64,000 nucleotides of DNA, from positions 1 to 64,000 of IMG/VR virus record IMGVR_UViG_3300031949_000013; one strand, given 5' to 3'. Source of the stretch: a virus. This document shows positions 56,438-64,000 of the stretch, piece after piece (position 1 is the first letter of the stretch; each line of letters begins with the position of its first letter). The notes beneath the pieces are model-generated. The model ran no database searches. It was given only the letters and a program-made list of their open reading frames with translations, and was not told the origin of the DNA. Both the position numbers and the translations under genes were made by a program.

Positions 56438-57216
56438 TCCTCAACCATTCTGAGGAAGTCTTCTTCGGAGAGGCACACCGTTCCGTTCTTGCGAGCTGCA
56501 ACAGCTTTCGAGCTGGTGGAGTTGGGGTCGGCGATCACGAGGTACGAGAGTCCTTTACCGACGGATCCTTTCACTCCACCGCCGGCCGCCACAACCATTG
56601 CCTCCAAGTCACCTCGCTTCCGGACCATGCTCCCAGTGAAGCAGAAGGACTTCCCGGTGAGTGAACCTACGATCACGTCCTTGATCCGGACCCCCAGACC
56701 ATGAAGCTCCTTGACCTGGCCGGCGTGATGCTGAAGCCAATTGGCCAGCGTCCGGGACTTCACCGGGCCGAGACCCGGAACCTTGCTCAGGGCAACGGCG
56801 TCGAGATTGCTCAACTTGGCCCAGGAATCATGGCCAGCATCCATGACCATCCGGATCGTTGAGGCTGCACAGCCTGGAATCGACAAGGCGCCCAGAAGGC
56901 TCTCCATCGGGATGGGGTTCTTAGCCCAGAGAATCTTGAGCAACTTGTCGGCCACGTGATCAGAAATTCGGTCCACTTCAGCCAGGGCCGGGATGGTAAG
57001 CTTGTAGAGATCGGGAACGGCCTTCACCTTACCCGAGGTGACCAGCTTTTCGATGAGAACTTCGCCCCATTCCTTGATGTCCAGGGACTTGATGTACCGC
57101 TCGATGCGTCCGACCGCCTGAGCAGAGCAATCAGCCGTGTTCGGGCAGATGAGGTACTCACCCTCCATCTCGGTCTCGGAGCCACAGACGGGGCACTGAG
57201 GGGGCGGGATCACCAT
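56434..57216 (-). CDS. ligA: NAD+-dependent DNA ligase, C-terminal fragment (Zn finger, HhH, BRCT)
   Basis: CPVCG..CPN..CSAQ, LSIPG, VPGLG, FCFTGS, SVGK, SSKAVAA. Confidence 0.88.
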   Translation of the reverse strand: MVIPPPQCPVCGSETEMEGEYLICPNTADCSAQAVGRIERYIKSLDIKEWGEVLIEKLVTSGKVKAVPDLYKLTIPALAEVDRISDHVADKLLKILWAKNPIPMESLLGALSIPGCAASTIRMVMDAGHDSWAKLSNLDAVALSKVPGLGPVKSRTLANWLQHHAGQVKELHGLGVRIKDVIVGSLTGKSFCFTGSMVRKRGDLEAMVVAAGGGVKGSVGKGLSYLVIADPNSTSSKAVAARKNGTVCLSEEDFLRMVEE

Positions 57217-57995
57217 TGGTACACCTGGCCTGTGGGGTAGCAGTCAGGATCGTTTGGATCTACCCAAGGCTTTCCAGGGCCTCTCCAGGGACGAATACCC
57301 ACTTGCATCTCCATGCCCTCCAAAGCTGTGGCATTCACCCAATTGGCATTCCACCCATGCCTATGCACGTAGTCATTGAGGGCATCCCGTTTAGCCGCAA
57401 TCTTGGGCCAGGCCCACTTGAAGTCTGGCTTCACCTCCCAAAGCTCGTGAATGTTGCCGAGGAGGACCACCAGGAAGTCAGGCCAATAGTTTCGTTTCGC
57501 TCCGTCGAACAGGTACGGGATAGAAAGTGGTTCCACCTCGTAACGTAGAACGTGAGGGTGGAGGTCCAATACCTTTGCCACTCGCAGTTCCCACGATGAG
57601 CGCACCCACTGCTCTCCGAGAGACTTTGGGCTCGTTATCCAGCATCCCCGACCTATCCCACGAAGGCGCCCATCCCCCCAAGCACGAGTGACACCTTCGG
57701 AGATTCTACTTCTTACTTCGGGCGTTCGCTCATACTTCCCCGCGACGCCCACACCTTTTCCGGAGCGAGCCGCCGACATCTTCTGTATTGCCTCGGGGGT
57801 ATGACCCACCCCACGAGTAGGATTGTGCTCTTGCATGAAGTTAGACTGCTTCAGTCGCATCTCGTCTGACTTGAGGTGAGCAAGGCCAAAACGGGATTTG
57901 AACTCAGCAGCCGTAGAAAACCCATGTTTGCGGATGTGGTCCGTCGTAATGAACTCAGTGACCACATGGCACACGGGGCAGGTCAACTTAGCCAT
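57210..57995 (-). mobile_element. Free-standing endonuclease (Zn finger, NUMOD3-like repeats, TnsA-like PD-(D/E)XK) inserted in ligase
   Basis: Start MAKLTCPVC (57995) with SD GGAGG; HTPEAIQKMS, RSSWE, YWPDF, EVKP. Confidence 0.8.
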
Positions 57996-59118
57996 TGACC
58001 CTCCCAAGAATCTTGGGGATGACATCACCCCCACGAGCCAGTATGACTTGGCAGCCGATCTCCAGCCGGTGCTTCCGAATAAAAGCCACGTTGTACAATG
58101 AGGCGTGGTCAATAGTTGCGCCAAGGAGATTTACTGGATCTACTACGGCCACTGGAGTAATCCGGCCTGAAGCCCCTACTTGCCACTCCACGGCTCTGAG
58201 AGTGGTAACTCGGGTAATAGGAGCGAACTTGAAGGCTACCGCCCCAAGTGGCCGACCATCCTTCTCCCCGAGGAAAAGTTGGAGATCAAGACGATTGATC
58301 CTGATCACTAGACCATCTATGTCGTAGTCGAGGGAATCTCGGATGCTCTCCTGGTACTGTAGCCAGATCTGAGTGATAGCCGCCACACTGGAGACAGTTC
58401 CGTAGTTCGGGACTTTGAAGCCCTGTGCTTTCAGCCATTCGAACTGAGCAAGCTCAGTACCGTGGCTGTGTGCCGTGGCATGGATCACATCACTCTCCAA
58501 GACGGAGTAGGTGATGACCGACAGGTGCTCCGAGCCTTTTCCGTCGTAGCGTTTGGAGACACCGGCTGCGGTGTTCCTGGTGTTGGCCTTATCAGGGAAG
58601 TGCTTGGCGAAGTCACTCTTGAACAGAACGATCTCCCCTCGGATGGATCCAGAGAAGCCTGGCACCTCCTGAACGAGACCCTTCATCTTCCGGACGTTCG
58701 GAGTGATGTCCTCGCCAACCAACCCGTCCCCACGGGTGAGAGCTTGAACGAACTTCCCCTCCTCATACCGGAGATGGATCGAGATACCATCGAGCTTCTC
58801 GGTCCAGAGCAAATGTTCCCAGGAAGGGTCCGTGACCGGAAGACCCGTCCCCTCTACCCATCGAAGAAGCTCTTCGGGGAGGTTCACCTTGTCCAGGGAA
58901 CCCATTGGCACTCCGTGGCTGACCTTGACCCATTCCGAAACCGCTGAAGCCCCGATAGCCTTGATCTCGGGAGAGTCCGGACGAAGCATTCGCAGCCGAT
59001 CCCGGGAGGCATCATAGACCTCGTCTGGAACCAACGAAATCCCCCGCTCGTAGGCCACTCGCCACTCGGCGAGCTTCACTTCCAGCTCGTCAGCTTCCTC
59101 TTCGTCGAATACAAACAT
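57988..59118 (-). CDS. ligA: NAD+-dependent DNA ligase, N-terminal fragment (adenylation and OB domains)
   Basis: MGSLDK, EKLDG, TRGDG..GEDIT, RNTAAG, DIDGLV, GRITP, GDVIP. Confidence 0.92.
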   Translation of the reverse strand: MFVFDEEEADELEVKLAEWRVAYERGISLVPDEVYDASRDRLRMLRPDSPEIKAIGASAVSEWVKVSHGVPMGSLDKVNLPEELLRWVEGTGLPVTDPSWEHLLWTEKLDGISIHLRYEEGKFVQALTRGDGLVGEDITPNVRKMKGLVQEVPGFSGSIRGEIVLFKSDFAKHFPDKANTRNTAAGVSKRYDGKGSEHLSVITYSVLESDVIHATAHSHGTELAQFEWLKAQGFKVPNYGTVSSVAAITQIWLQYQESIRDSLDYDIDGLVIRINRLDLQLFLGEKDGRPLGAVAFKFAPITRVTTLRAVEWQVGASGRITPVAVVDPVNLLGATIDHASLYNVAFIRKHRLEIGCQVILARGGDVIPKILGRVNG

Positions 59119-59165
59119 GGCTTCCAGGATGTTCAGGCACCCTGGATCAACCTACACCGGGAAGG

Positions 59166-59432
59166 TCAACTCCGCTTGATGTCGTCGGGATAAATCCCGA
59201 GCACCTGGCCGTTGCCTTGCTGTTCCACCATTTCGGCGATCTTTTGCAAGTTCTCGAAGGAAGCCAGAGTGAACCTGACTTCCTTTCCGTTGTACTTGGC
59301 CAGAATCTCCTGAATATCCATGACCACCGTACGGCCCTCAACATTCTCTGTCCGAATGACGTACCGGTCCGTCATAGGATCTTGTTCCACGATGCCTTCG
59401 ATGAGGTGACCTAGAGTCGATGGATCGGGCAT
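59166..59432 (-). CDS. Hypothetical protein
   Basis: 88-aa ORF, SD GAGGA. Confidence 0.6.
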   Translation of the reverse strand: MPDPSTLGHLIEGIVEQDPMTDRYVIRTENVEGRTVVMDIQEILAKYNGKEVRFTLASFENLQKIAEMVEQQGNGQVLGIYPDDIKRS

Positions 59433-59438
59433 GATTCC

Positions 59439-61736
59439 TCAAACAAGAGAGCAGACACCACCAGCGCACGCCACCTCGCCCTTCAGGTCCGTGGAGTCGT
59501 CATCCTCGATCAGGGCTGTGTAGTCCACTGGCTTGTAGTTCCGAAGAATGTCGTTCCACCTATGCTCATCCTCGGGAGTGCTGATCTCTTCATTGGGAGC
59601 GAAGGCGTAATCCTTGTCTCCGGAAGCTGGGAGGAGCGAGACTCCCGTGAAGAACTCACGATTTTGCCAAAGGTACTCCGCCACATCTTCCCACTCTTCG
59701 GGTCGAACCTGAGCCGTGTTCGAGACATTGTGGTTCAAGCCGGGCGAGATCGAGATGTCAGCCGTCCCTGGAAGAACCCAGTTCTGCTGAGTGGACTTGA
59801 CCATGTCGAGGAACTCCAGAGCTGAAAGATCCTCTTTGACGGTAGCGCCTGGGGGAGCTTCCACCGGAAACTCGATGACCCACTTCCCGTCGGGCTTCCG
59901 AACACACATGTGCGGATTCACAGCCTTGAACGCTTGAAAAACGGGCTCCAACTCGTCAGCAGTCACGCGACGGATATACCGACGAGCATGATGGGCGTGA
60001 TGGCCTGAACCAACACAACCTAACTCCAACGATGTCGTCCCAGAAGGCTTCACACACGTTGTTCGCACGGCCGGATTGATTCCAAGACGCGCTGCATACT
60101 CAGCGTTCCATTGACGGATCATCCCCGCAACTTGCCTCTGATAATCGGGATGGCAGGCAATGCTGGGGGTATCCAACATACCAGTCATTCCAATGCCAAG
60201 AAGCGCTTCCCTAGCAGCCAAAGTCTCGGAGACCCAGCCCAGATACGGCATCTTCGTGTAGGTTGCCTGAAGTGTACCGATCAATGTCGCTGCTTTGGCT
60301 GCCTTGACGAAATCTTCAAATGACGTGAACTTGGCAGCATTGATCTCACAGAGGTTGCAGAAGGCCCACCCTGTGAACGTATCACCAACCTCAACCGAGA
60401 TATCCTGCTTACGAAGCTTCTGCTGGGTAGTCTCGTCGATGACCAGCTTTGGATTCAGGCCAATTTCACCGCAGGGATTAGTCCCATAGTCGTGGTCGTT
60501 CGTGAAATAGAACCCCGGCTCTCCCCACTGTCGAGTCATCGAGAAGAGACGCTTGAATTGCTTCTTCCGAACTTCGTCTCGCTTGAGCACGACCGAGTTG
60601 TTGGCGTTCGCCAACCAAGGCTCGTTCGTGTACCAGTTACCTGTCTTGCAGTACATCATCTCGCTATCGTCGAGCGAAAACAGGGCAATCATGGCCGAGC
60701 GACGGATCCCACCAGACAGAACCGCATCAGCGGCATGACAAAGGATCCGGTGACACTCGATGGGACGAAGCTTTCGACCCTGAGCCGCTGAGAGAACCCC
60801 ACGAATACGTTCCAATGATTCCTTGAGCTTTAAGTGCCCTGGGGCTCTACCTCCGGAGGTCTTGAGGGGAGTCCCGGCTGGACGAATCTTGAAGTAGGAC
60901 AATTCTAAGTTTGTTCCGTCCTGATAGCTCCGAAGAAGAGCCTTGAGGGCTTCTCCCCACCCCTCAATGCTGTCCTCCACGATGTGGTGCTCGACTAATT
61001 TCGGATCCACGTAGGCAATGACGGGGAGCTTCTCCACATGGTCGAACTGCACAGAGTAACCTACGCCACAACCGGAGAGCAGAAGGAACAGCGCCTCAGA
61101 GAACGCATCGAAGCGATCAATCAAAGTAAACGAGCAGTTGTAGATTCGATTGTGGTTACTCAGAATAGCTGGTCCGCCAAACTGCATAGACCTCATCGAG
61201 GGGAGAACATTCTTCTCCCGAACCAGGTCAAAGGCTTCTTGAATCTCCGAAGCCATCTCTGGAAACCGACCGAGGTGCATCCCCTCAACCCTCTCAACGG
61301 TCTCCGCGTAAACCTCACGACGCCTCAGCTCTGGGATATAACGGGCGTACTTGCCCGCATGGATGTAGTCCGCCAGGCCCTTGGAATCTACAGCCTTGGC
61401 CCGAATCTGCCTCAACTCTTGGCGCTGGTGTCGATAGAGGATGTACGCCTTGGCAACAGTGAACTGACCATGCCGCATGAGCGAGGTCTCAACAGCATCT
61501 TGCACCGTTTCGACATCCACAATCTCACCCGAGAGTGAATGCAGCACCGTGCGAACTACCGCTGCTACAACTTGCTCGTCTACCTCACCGACGCTATCAG
61601 CCCAAGCCAGGCTGATAGCCTTGCGTAACTTTCCTGGGTCGAAACCCTGAAGAGTTTTCCCATCACGCTTGCGGGTGTATCTCACACCAGAACCGGCACC
61701 ATTCGAGGGTAGGAAGTTGATTACTGCGGCGTCCAT
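59439..61736 (-). CDS. nrdJ: Class II (B12-dependent) ribonucleotide reductase with ATP cone
   Basis: KRDG..FD ATP cone, YNCSF, GGIRRSA, TNPCGEI, CNL, TTCVKPSGT, C-terminal CAGGVC. Confidence 0.9.
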   Translation of the reverse strand: MDAAVINFLPSNGAGSGVRYTRKRDGKTLQGFDPGKLRKAISLAWADSVGEVDEQVVAAVVRTVLHSLSGEIVDVETVQDAVETSLMRHGQFTVAKAYILYRHQRQELRQIRAKAVDSKGLADYIHAGKYARYIPELRRREVYAETVERVEGMHLGRFPEMASEIQEAFDLVREKNVLPSMRSMQFGGPAILSNHNRIYNCSFTLIDRFDAFSEALFLLLSGCGVGYSVQFDHVEKLPVIAYVDPKLVEHHIVEDSIEGWGEALKALLRSYQDGTNLELSYFKIRPAGTPLKTSGGRAPGHLKLKESLERIRGVLSAAQGRKLRPIECHRILCHAADAVLSGGIRRSAMIALFSLDDSEMMYCKTGNWYTNEPWLANANNSVVLKRDEVRKKQFKRLFSMTRQWGEPGFYFTNDHDYGTNPCGEIGLNPKLVIDETTQQKLRKQDISVEVGDTFTGWAFCNLCEINAAKFTSFEDFVKAAKAATLIGTLQATYTKMPYLGWVSETLAAREALLGIGMTGMLDTPSIACHPDYQRQVAGMIRQWNAEYAARLGINPAVRTTCVKPSGTTSLELGCVGSGHHAHHARRYIRRVTADELEPVFQAFKAVNPHMCVRKPDGKWVIEFPVEAPPGATVKEDLSALEFLDMVKSTQQNWVLPGTADISISPGLNHNVSNTAQVRPEEWEDVAEYLWQNREFFTGVSLLPASGDKDYAFAPNEEISTPEDEHRWNDILRNYKPVDYTALIEDDDSTDLKGEVACAGGVCSLV

Positions 61737-61748
61737 GCAGGAACTCCT

Positions 61749-62729
61749 TCATGATGCGACAGACAAAACGGCAAGCTCAACCAGAGTTCGTTTAGATCTA
61801 GCTGGCCCTTTTACATTTGCATCTAGCCGGCACAAATTGGCCAGGTTGCTCTGAAGGCTCTTGACGTTGTGGCGATTGGACCAGAGCAAGAACGTGTTCT
61901 GAAGACGGTAAACGTTCATTCCCATCTGGCTAGCAATCTCGTCTTTCGACTTACCTACGTCGAGCAGTGAGCGTGCCATGATGAGACGTTCTACGTGGTG
62001 CATAAGAGCAGAAGCGATAGGCACACTCGCAGCATCTCCCTCATAACGGTAGAGATGTGCAACCAAGTTCATGGCTCGCTTGACGTTTTTCTCACACGCT
62101 GCATCTGCCACTTCATACGGCGTTGCCGGAGGCTGCGATGCCACCACCCTCTGCACATGCTCAGTGGTCACTGTCCCATGCGGCCCCACTAAGAGGCTAA
62201 GCTTCTTGAGTTCGTTGACTAGCACGTAAAGATCATCACCGACAAACTTGAGCAGCAGGTCATTGATACCTTTACCTAAGATAACTCCGAGAGCTGCGGC
62301 TTCCTTGTCCAAACGATCCTGCTTACCCTTGGTATCCCAGGGCTTGAGCTTGTTGAATGTCTTGGAAGTCCCCTTTGCCGCTGCTTTATGCCAAACTTCT
62401 GGGAACTTGACTTCGCCCTTCTTGGAAGGGCGGCAGACAGCCAGAAGAATGGACGAGAGATCCTCAGAGGATTTCTCTTCAATGTACTCCTCCAGAGCCC
62501 CGGTTTTCTTGATGCCTTCGGCGTTGTCCACAATGACCAGACGGGAACGCTCGTCCATGAACGAGTATTCATCACAAGCAGTCACAATCTCAACGCTCTC
62601 TAAGCCCTTGCCCTCCAGAAAAATAACCTGACGGCTCTTGCTCGAACGTGCCTTATCGATTTCGAGGTCGAGGTCAAACTCCTCCGTTCCAGAGCAAATG
62701 ATGAACGGGGCCAACCTCGGTTTCGCCAT
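61749..62729 (-). CDS. holA: DNA polymerase III delta subunit
   Basis: G.EEF, SFM...RLVIV.NAE, VGDDL..L.NEL.KL, D..VK.G...LVEL. Confidence 0.8.
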   Translation of the reverse strand: MAKPRLAPFIICSGTEEFDLDLEIDKARSSKSRQVIFLEGKGLESVEIVTACDEYSFMDERSRLVIVDNAEGIKKTGALEEYIEEKSSEDLSSILLAVCRPSKKGEVKFPEVWHKAAAKGTSKTFNKLKPWDTKGKQDRLDKEAAALGVILGKGINDLLLKFVGDDLYVLVNELKKLSLLVGPHGTVTTEHVQRVVASQPPATPYEVADAACEKNVKRAMNLVAHLYRYEGDAASVPIASALMHHVERLIMARSLLDVGKSKDEIASQMGMNVYRLQNTFLLWSNRHNVKSLQSNLANLCRLDANVKGPARSKRTLVELAVLSVAS

Positions 62730-62730
62730 C

Positions 62731-63678
62731 TCAGTCCCTTACACCAAGCAGGGCGGATTTCACGTGCGAAGATAACGTGATTTTGACACCACGATCCAGA
62801 TGCGTCTGTACAACACGCAGTTGCGTGAGCAGCTTGTACGCTCGCTCGGAAGGCCACACTTCTTGCAGCTTCTGGATCTTCTCCTCGATGTCCGTGTTCG
62901 TGATCTGGGCCGGAGCTACGGTGATCATGAGGAGGTCGTGGAGTAGGTGTTCGAGAAAACGAATCCCAAGGGCCAAATCAGCCCCGAGCGCGTCAATGGC
63001 TGTGAAAACTGCTGCGGGACTTTGCAGGAGGTCCGGCTTCAGTAGCTCCAGAACTTGATCTCGTAGCCGCAAGCGGCCTGAGCCCCAGTACCCGATGGCT
63101 CGTCCGACGGAACCTTCTGCTAGGCGCGTGAGCACAAGAGCTTTTGACGCATCTGTCTCAAACTGCTGGATCCGTGCGAGTATAAAGGCTTCCGGTAGAG
63201 CACGGTAACGCACGAGTCCGCAGCGACTTCGGATCGTCGGAAGCACAGCGTCGGCGGACTCCGCCAACAAGAAAAAACGTACGACGTCAGGAGGCTCCTC
63301 TAGCGTCTTCAGGAGAGCATTTGCAGCCGCCGTGTTCATACGGTCAGCACCGTCGATCACGACGTACCGAGCCGCTGCGTAGCTTGGGTAGTTGAGCACA
63401 TCTGCCGTCAGCTCACGAACCACGTCCACCTTGATGGTGCCATTCTCATCCGGCTGAATCAGCGTTAGATCTGGGTGCATTCCCTGATCAATCTGCCGAC
63501 CATGGAAGGTGTCCGTTACGTCCCCCTTGCTGAACGACTCCTGAGCTGCCTGAAGGACGGAGAATTTCTTGCCGATCCCGTCCTTACCTACCAGCAGAAG
63601 CGGTGACGTGATATGACCATCGACGACCCTACGTAAGAACCGAACGCCTTCAGCTTGACCCTGAACCAGGTTCAACAT
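62731..63678 (-). CDS. holB: DNA polymerase III delta-prime subunit
   Basis: GQ, G..GIGK, HPDL, ADRMN.AAANALLKTLEEPP, LPTIRSRC. Confidence 0.9.
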   Translation of the reverse strand: MLNLVQGQAEGVRFLRRVVDGHITSPLLLVGKDGIGKKFSVLQAAQESFSKGDVTDTFHGRQIDQGMHPDLTLIQPDENGTIKVDVVRELTADVLNYPSYAAARYVVIDGADRMNTAAANALLKTLEEPPDVVRFFLLAESADAVLPTIRSRCGLVRYRALPEAFILARIQQFETDASKALVLTRLAEGSVGRAIGYWGSGRLRLRDQVLELLKPDLLQSPAAVFTAIDALGADLALGIRFLEHLLHDLLMITVAPAQITNTDIEEKIQKLQEVWPSERAYKLLTQLRVVQTHLDRGVKITLSSHVKSALLGVRD

Positions 63679-63847
63679 GAGCGTCTAGAAGCCGCTCCTC
63701 GGGCTCTGGATCGATCGGTTGCAGGTGGAGAACCACATGATATGCCTGGCCACATTTTTCGCAAACCAATCGAGAAGGCTCCTTCCCCGATTTAGCCAAG
63801 TGCCCTCTACACCGAAGGCACACGAGCATTCCTAAATTGTCGGACAT
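63650..63847 (-). CDS. Small Zn-ribbon protein
   Basis: Start MSDNLG (63847); LVCLRC...LVCEKCG..Y. Confidence 0.6.
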   Translation of the reverse strand: MSDNLGMLVCLRCRGHLAKSGKEPSRLVCEKCGQAYHVVLHLQPIDPEPEERLLDAHVEPGSGSS

Positions 63848-63849
63848 GC

Positions 63850-63999
63850 TCAATAGTCGAAGTGGCCACCGACAGAAACGCCCCAAGTGTGCCCGCACTT
63901 GATACACCGATAAAGGCGTTGACCGTGATGCTCTGCTCCACCGGTTCTGATCTCGGCGGCCTCCATAGAGTCACAGCTTCTCGGGCTTCGACACTTCAA
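63850..63999 (-). CDS. Zn-ribbon protein, TFIIS/RpoM C-ribbon-like (partial, 5' end outside window)
   Basis: Hand translation ...LKCRSPRSCDSMEAAEIRTGGAEHHGQRLYRCIKCGHTWGVSVGGHFDY*. Confidence 0.55.
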   Translation of the reverse strand: MKCRSPRSCDSMEAAEIRTGGAEHHGQRLYRCIKCGHTWGVSVGGHFDY

Positions 64000-64000
64000 G

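Noticed and set aside
57210-57995. Group I intron, split intein, ribosomal hop or target-site duplication explaining the ligase interruption
   Set aside because: No non-coding flanks, no intein motifs, gap of about 770 nt, and excision at the CAATGG repeat leaves the halves out of frame.
63808-63908. GGTGTA copies at 63808 and 63903
   Set aside because: Both are explained by Arg-Cys codons (CGG TGT A) in zinc-ribbon genes, so they were not counted as regulatory.
1-64000. tRNA/rRNA genes or stop-codon reassignment
   Set aside because: Intergenic gaps are short and show no cloverleaf; TAA, TAG and TGA all end full-length conserved genes.

Overview
A 64-kb segment of a large (jumbo-type) tailed dsDNA phage genome. 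Essentially every credible gene is on the minus strand, tightly packed, and uses the standard code. Reading from 64000 toward 1, the first block (about 64000-38667) covers replication, recombination and transcription. It holds small Zn-ribbon genes, a bacterial-type clamp loader and clamp (holB, holA, dnaX, dnaN), class II ribonucleotide reductase, an NAD+-dependent DNA ligase split in two by a free-standing endonuclease gene, RecD2-like helicase, SSB, RuvC-like resolvase, RecA, an SbcCD/Mre11-Rad50 system with SbcC split into separate genes, a PD-(D/E)XK nuclease, a primase core without its Zn domain, a NusG-5'-3' exonuclease fusion and a tandem sigma-region-4 protein. The second block (38594-1) is a virion/late module: intein-containing large terminase and portal, prohead protease, scaffold, decoration protein, short HK97-fold major capsid protein, many modular putative internal-head proteins, neck/Ig-like proteins and two more homing endonucleases. 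The most promising signals are: (1) a candidate late-expression system, made of the NusG-flap endonuclease fusion and sigma4-like gene at the replication/late boundary plus a recurring TT(C/T)CTTTTAT motif placed just 5' of hairpins that hide ribosome-binding sites; (2) a second upstream motif, GGTGTA, before non-structural genes; (3) shared N-terminal tags (RVAARY/F, KYSYDRT) and [K/R]-x-A sites suggesting a capsid-targeting and protease-processing code; (4) the non-spliced split ligase and split SbcC; (5) a degenerate capsid-protein paralog inside the replication block. No tRNA, rRNA or CRISPR array was seen. All assignments come from motif recognition by eye; no database searches were run.
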